This document shows positions 61,767 through 64,000 of a stretch of DNA of 64,000 bases, piece after piece. The stretch covers positions 155,124,001 to 155,188,000 of the forward strand of contig NC_091289.1 of the NCBI RefSeq assembly GCF_032444005.1. The letters are read 5' to 3'. Below the pieces are notes generated by a model. That model was not told where the DNA came from, made no database searches, and saw only the letters and a program-made list of their open reading frames with translations. Each line of letters begins with the position of its first letter. Positions within the stretch are counted from its first letter, which is position 1. The position numbers and the translations under genes were made by a program. The DNA comes from Ranitomeya imitator. Its lineage: Eukaryota.

Positions 61767-64000
61767 TTTGCATGCAGGTGAAAAATGGCCCCCCAAAGTC
61801 AATGTTATTGGTGGACCCTTGTCATCCCAGTCTGACACTGGATCTACTGATTGCTGTGGTTTCAAATTGTAGAATATACAAAGAACAGATATTGCCAGGG
61901 AACACTGCTTGGGTCCATATCTGCAATAATATATGTTCAGTTATAGTGACGTGCCGAGCTATGGACCCCACTTATGGGACATATGGACTCTTATCTTATA
62001 TATAACGGTGGATGTGTCCTTTTGTCCAAAGCCAGAATGTCAGTGTGACACTGAAATCAGCACGTGTGCATAACACACTTTGGCACCATTTTATTGAAGA
62101 CACTGTACGCGAATTCACAGTGTCTTCAACGAAATGGTGCCGGATATCTTGAGATGCGCATGCGTTGACTCTGGCACTATTTTATAGAAGAATTCTACTA
62201 CAACGTCAACATAGCAGTGCGCACGCAGTGGCCATTGCCATTATCCCTATGGCCGGCGCGTGCGCACTCCTGCACTGACCTTGTAGTACATTACTTCAAT
62301 AAAAGTCAGTATGGAGTCAGTGCGCTCGCAAATCATGCTATCCGGCGCCATTTTTTTTTAAGACACCATGTCTGCAAATTTGCATATACAGTGACTTCAA
62401 CAAAATTGTGCTGGAGTTCAGTGCCAGTAAAAAAATTATTTTAAAGTATCCTATTAGGTTATGTGCAGACAACATATTTTTCAGGTGGATTTTACCTGGA
62501 AAAGTGTCGAAAACAAGGGCAAAGTCTCCAACAAAGCAGGTACTGAAAAAAAGAGTTCCAGCTTTTTTCTGAAGTCGCTTCAATTAGGAAAATCTTGTTG
62601 GGTCTTATAGATGTCGTATGCACATACCTTGAGTGTATTGTGAGGCAGTGACCAGTGTTATATACGAGGGTCGCTATGTGTTCCTCCCCCAGGATGTGTA
62701 AAGAAGCATATGGAGGCCGTGGAAGTGCATTGCAGTCAAAGGCATAGCTGTGATTGCAAGGCAAAATAGAAGCAAGTGTTGATCTTGGGCCAGCTATTTG
62801 TCCAAGGCAGATTTAAGAAAACCTGCCATGGGCTTTTATTTTTTAAATGGACTACAGGATGGTAGTGGGTGGTCCATTTCCTCCCCTGGCCCCAGGCTTC
62901 CCATGTGGCCTACAGCCACAGGTTCTTTTGTACAAACCTCTGAAGCAGAGGATGGGTATGTCAGTTTGGTTTTGCAAACAGGCAGAGCAGAAGGCTCTGC
63001 ATAGCTCAACCTGTGTAAGGCAACACAGGGCCAAGAAGCCTGGCACCATCAGCGTACACGGCGGTGCAGTCACCCATAGCAACCGGTTATGGACTGTCTG
63101 TTTTCTCGGCTGTGATCCGGAGGATACAGCGTACTGTGTGAGTTTGGACATTAAACACGTTTTGCTGTGAACTTTCTCTATGGTCACTGTCTGTCACACT
63201 GAACCAACCCTGCTTCACTACAGCATGTACATACAGAAGTTTTTTTTAGCAGAAACTGAGAAAATTCTCCTCAAATCTTGGAAGTTGTATACAGTTTCTG
63301 CTCCACAAGCTCAGCAAAATGACTCAGTGTGCACATAGTCTAAGGGTTGTGCAGAAACTCTCAAATCAATACTCGAGTTGGAGCAGAAACTCTCCAAAAA
63401 TCGTATAAAAAAACTCAGTGATGTTTTCACCATTAGTCTATGTACTGAGCTTTTGGAGTGAAAATTCCAGGTTTTAGAGGAGAATTTCATCTAAAAAAAC
63501 ATGAACACTCTTAGAATGAACATACTTGCCAATGGTCCAAGATTTCTCAGTACACAAGTGGGCAGACTTTATGCACAATCTGCCCCAAAGAGGGTATTTT
63601 TGGATTGACTCTGGGTGTTACTGAGAGGATCTGGGGGCATTCTGATGGTGGGACTTAAACATCTTCAATAATGTTTGTAATTATGGAGTTAAAGAAGGCT
63701 GTGGTCCATTTGGGACCCCGATCCCCTGGCCATAGAAATGAGAAGTTACAAAGAACATCTCTCTGGATGGCCAAACCAACATTACATATACTGTCCATTG
63801 ATTTGAGTGGGCATTGTGTAATGCTTAATTTTCCCCTGTGGTGGCGCTGCAGAGAAATGCAACACTTCCTGACGGAGATTACCGCTAATTGCCTGATTAG
63901 ATCGAAACGTCAGAATCTGCTCATTGTCAGATTATAACAAGTAGAGAAAACAAAGGAATTGTCTTACGCCAAAAATGGAAAAACGACGCGCACTCCAACA

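Noticed and set aside
63095-63170. CDPEDTAYCVSL peptide resembling an Ig or cytokine-receptor motif
   Set aside because: No supporting splice acceptor or companion exons; likely chance
63866-63916. CTGACGG...GAAACGTC hammerhead-like string
   Set aside because: A9 is replaced by G, stem I does not pair and stem II is poor
12000-64000. Tissue factor (F3), the neighbour expected from mammalian ABCD3 synteny
   Set aside because: No exon with recognisable F3 motifs found on either strand by eye; it may lie beyond the window (tBLASTn would decide)

Overview
This is eukaryotic, very repeat-rich genomic DNA, most likely from a frog (inferred from the TE repertoire: T2/Kolobok, Harbinger and hAT MITEs, DIRS, V-SINE-like and Penelope-type elements). 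Most of the supplied ORF track is noise from repeats. The one host gene is the 3' part of ABCD3 (PMP70, peroxisomal ABC half-transporter): ten + strand coding exons between 2538 and 11987, with canonical GT-AG junctions and all ABC nucleotide-binding motifs. The rest is intronic or intergenic nested transposons: DIRS fragments, a 6.6-kb chromovirus-type Gypsy carrying a Tc1 with an open transposase ORF, solo LTRs, a decayed PIF/Harbinger, a Helitron, an L2 with a SINE, and many MITEs. The most interesting signal is a set of small non-coding insertions with an 'inverted copy + forward copy' layout, three of them flanked by 14-18 bp target-site duplications. Two of these carry minimal type I hammerhead ribozyme motifs (24.7/25.5 kb and 33.5 kb), and a variant motif lies separately at 57.6 kb. 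One is a ~320-nt-monomer retrozyme-like array. These look like Penelope-mobilised ribozyme retroelements. Other oddities: a SINE whose Pol III A-box is amplified 27 times, 6-bp TSDs on three chromovirus LTR insertions, and a stop-free in-frame 84-nt intron in ABCD3. All family names come from reading motifs by eye; no database search was run.
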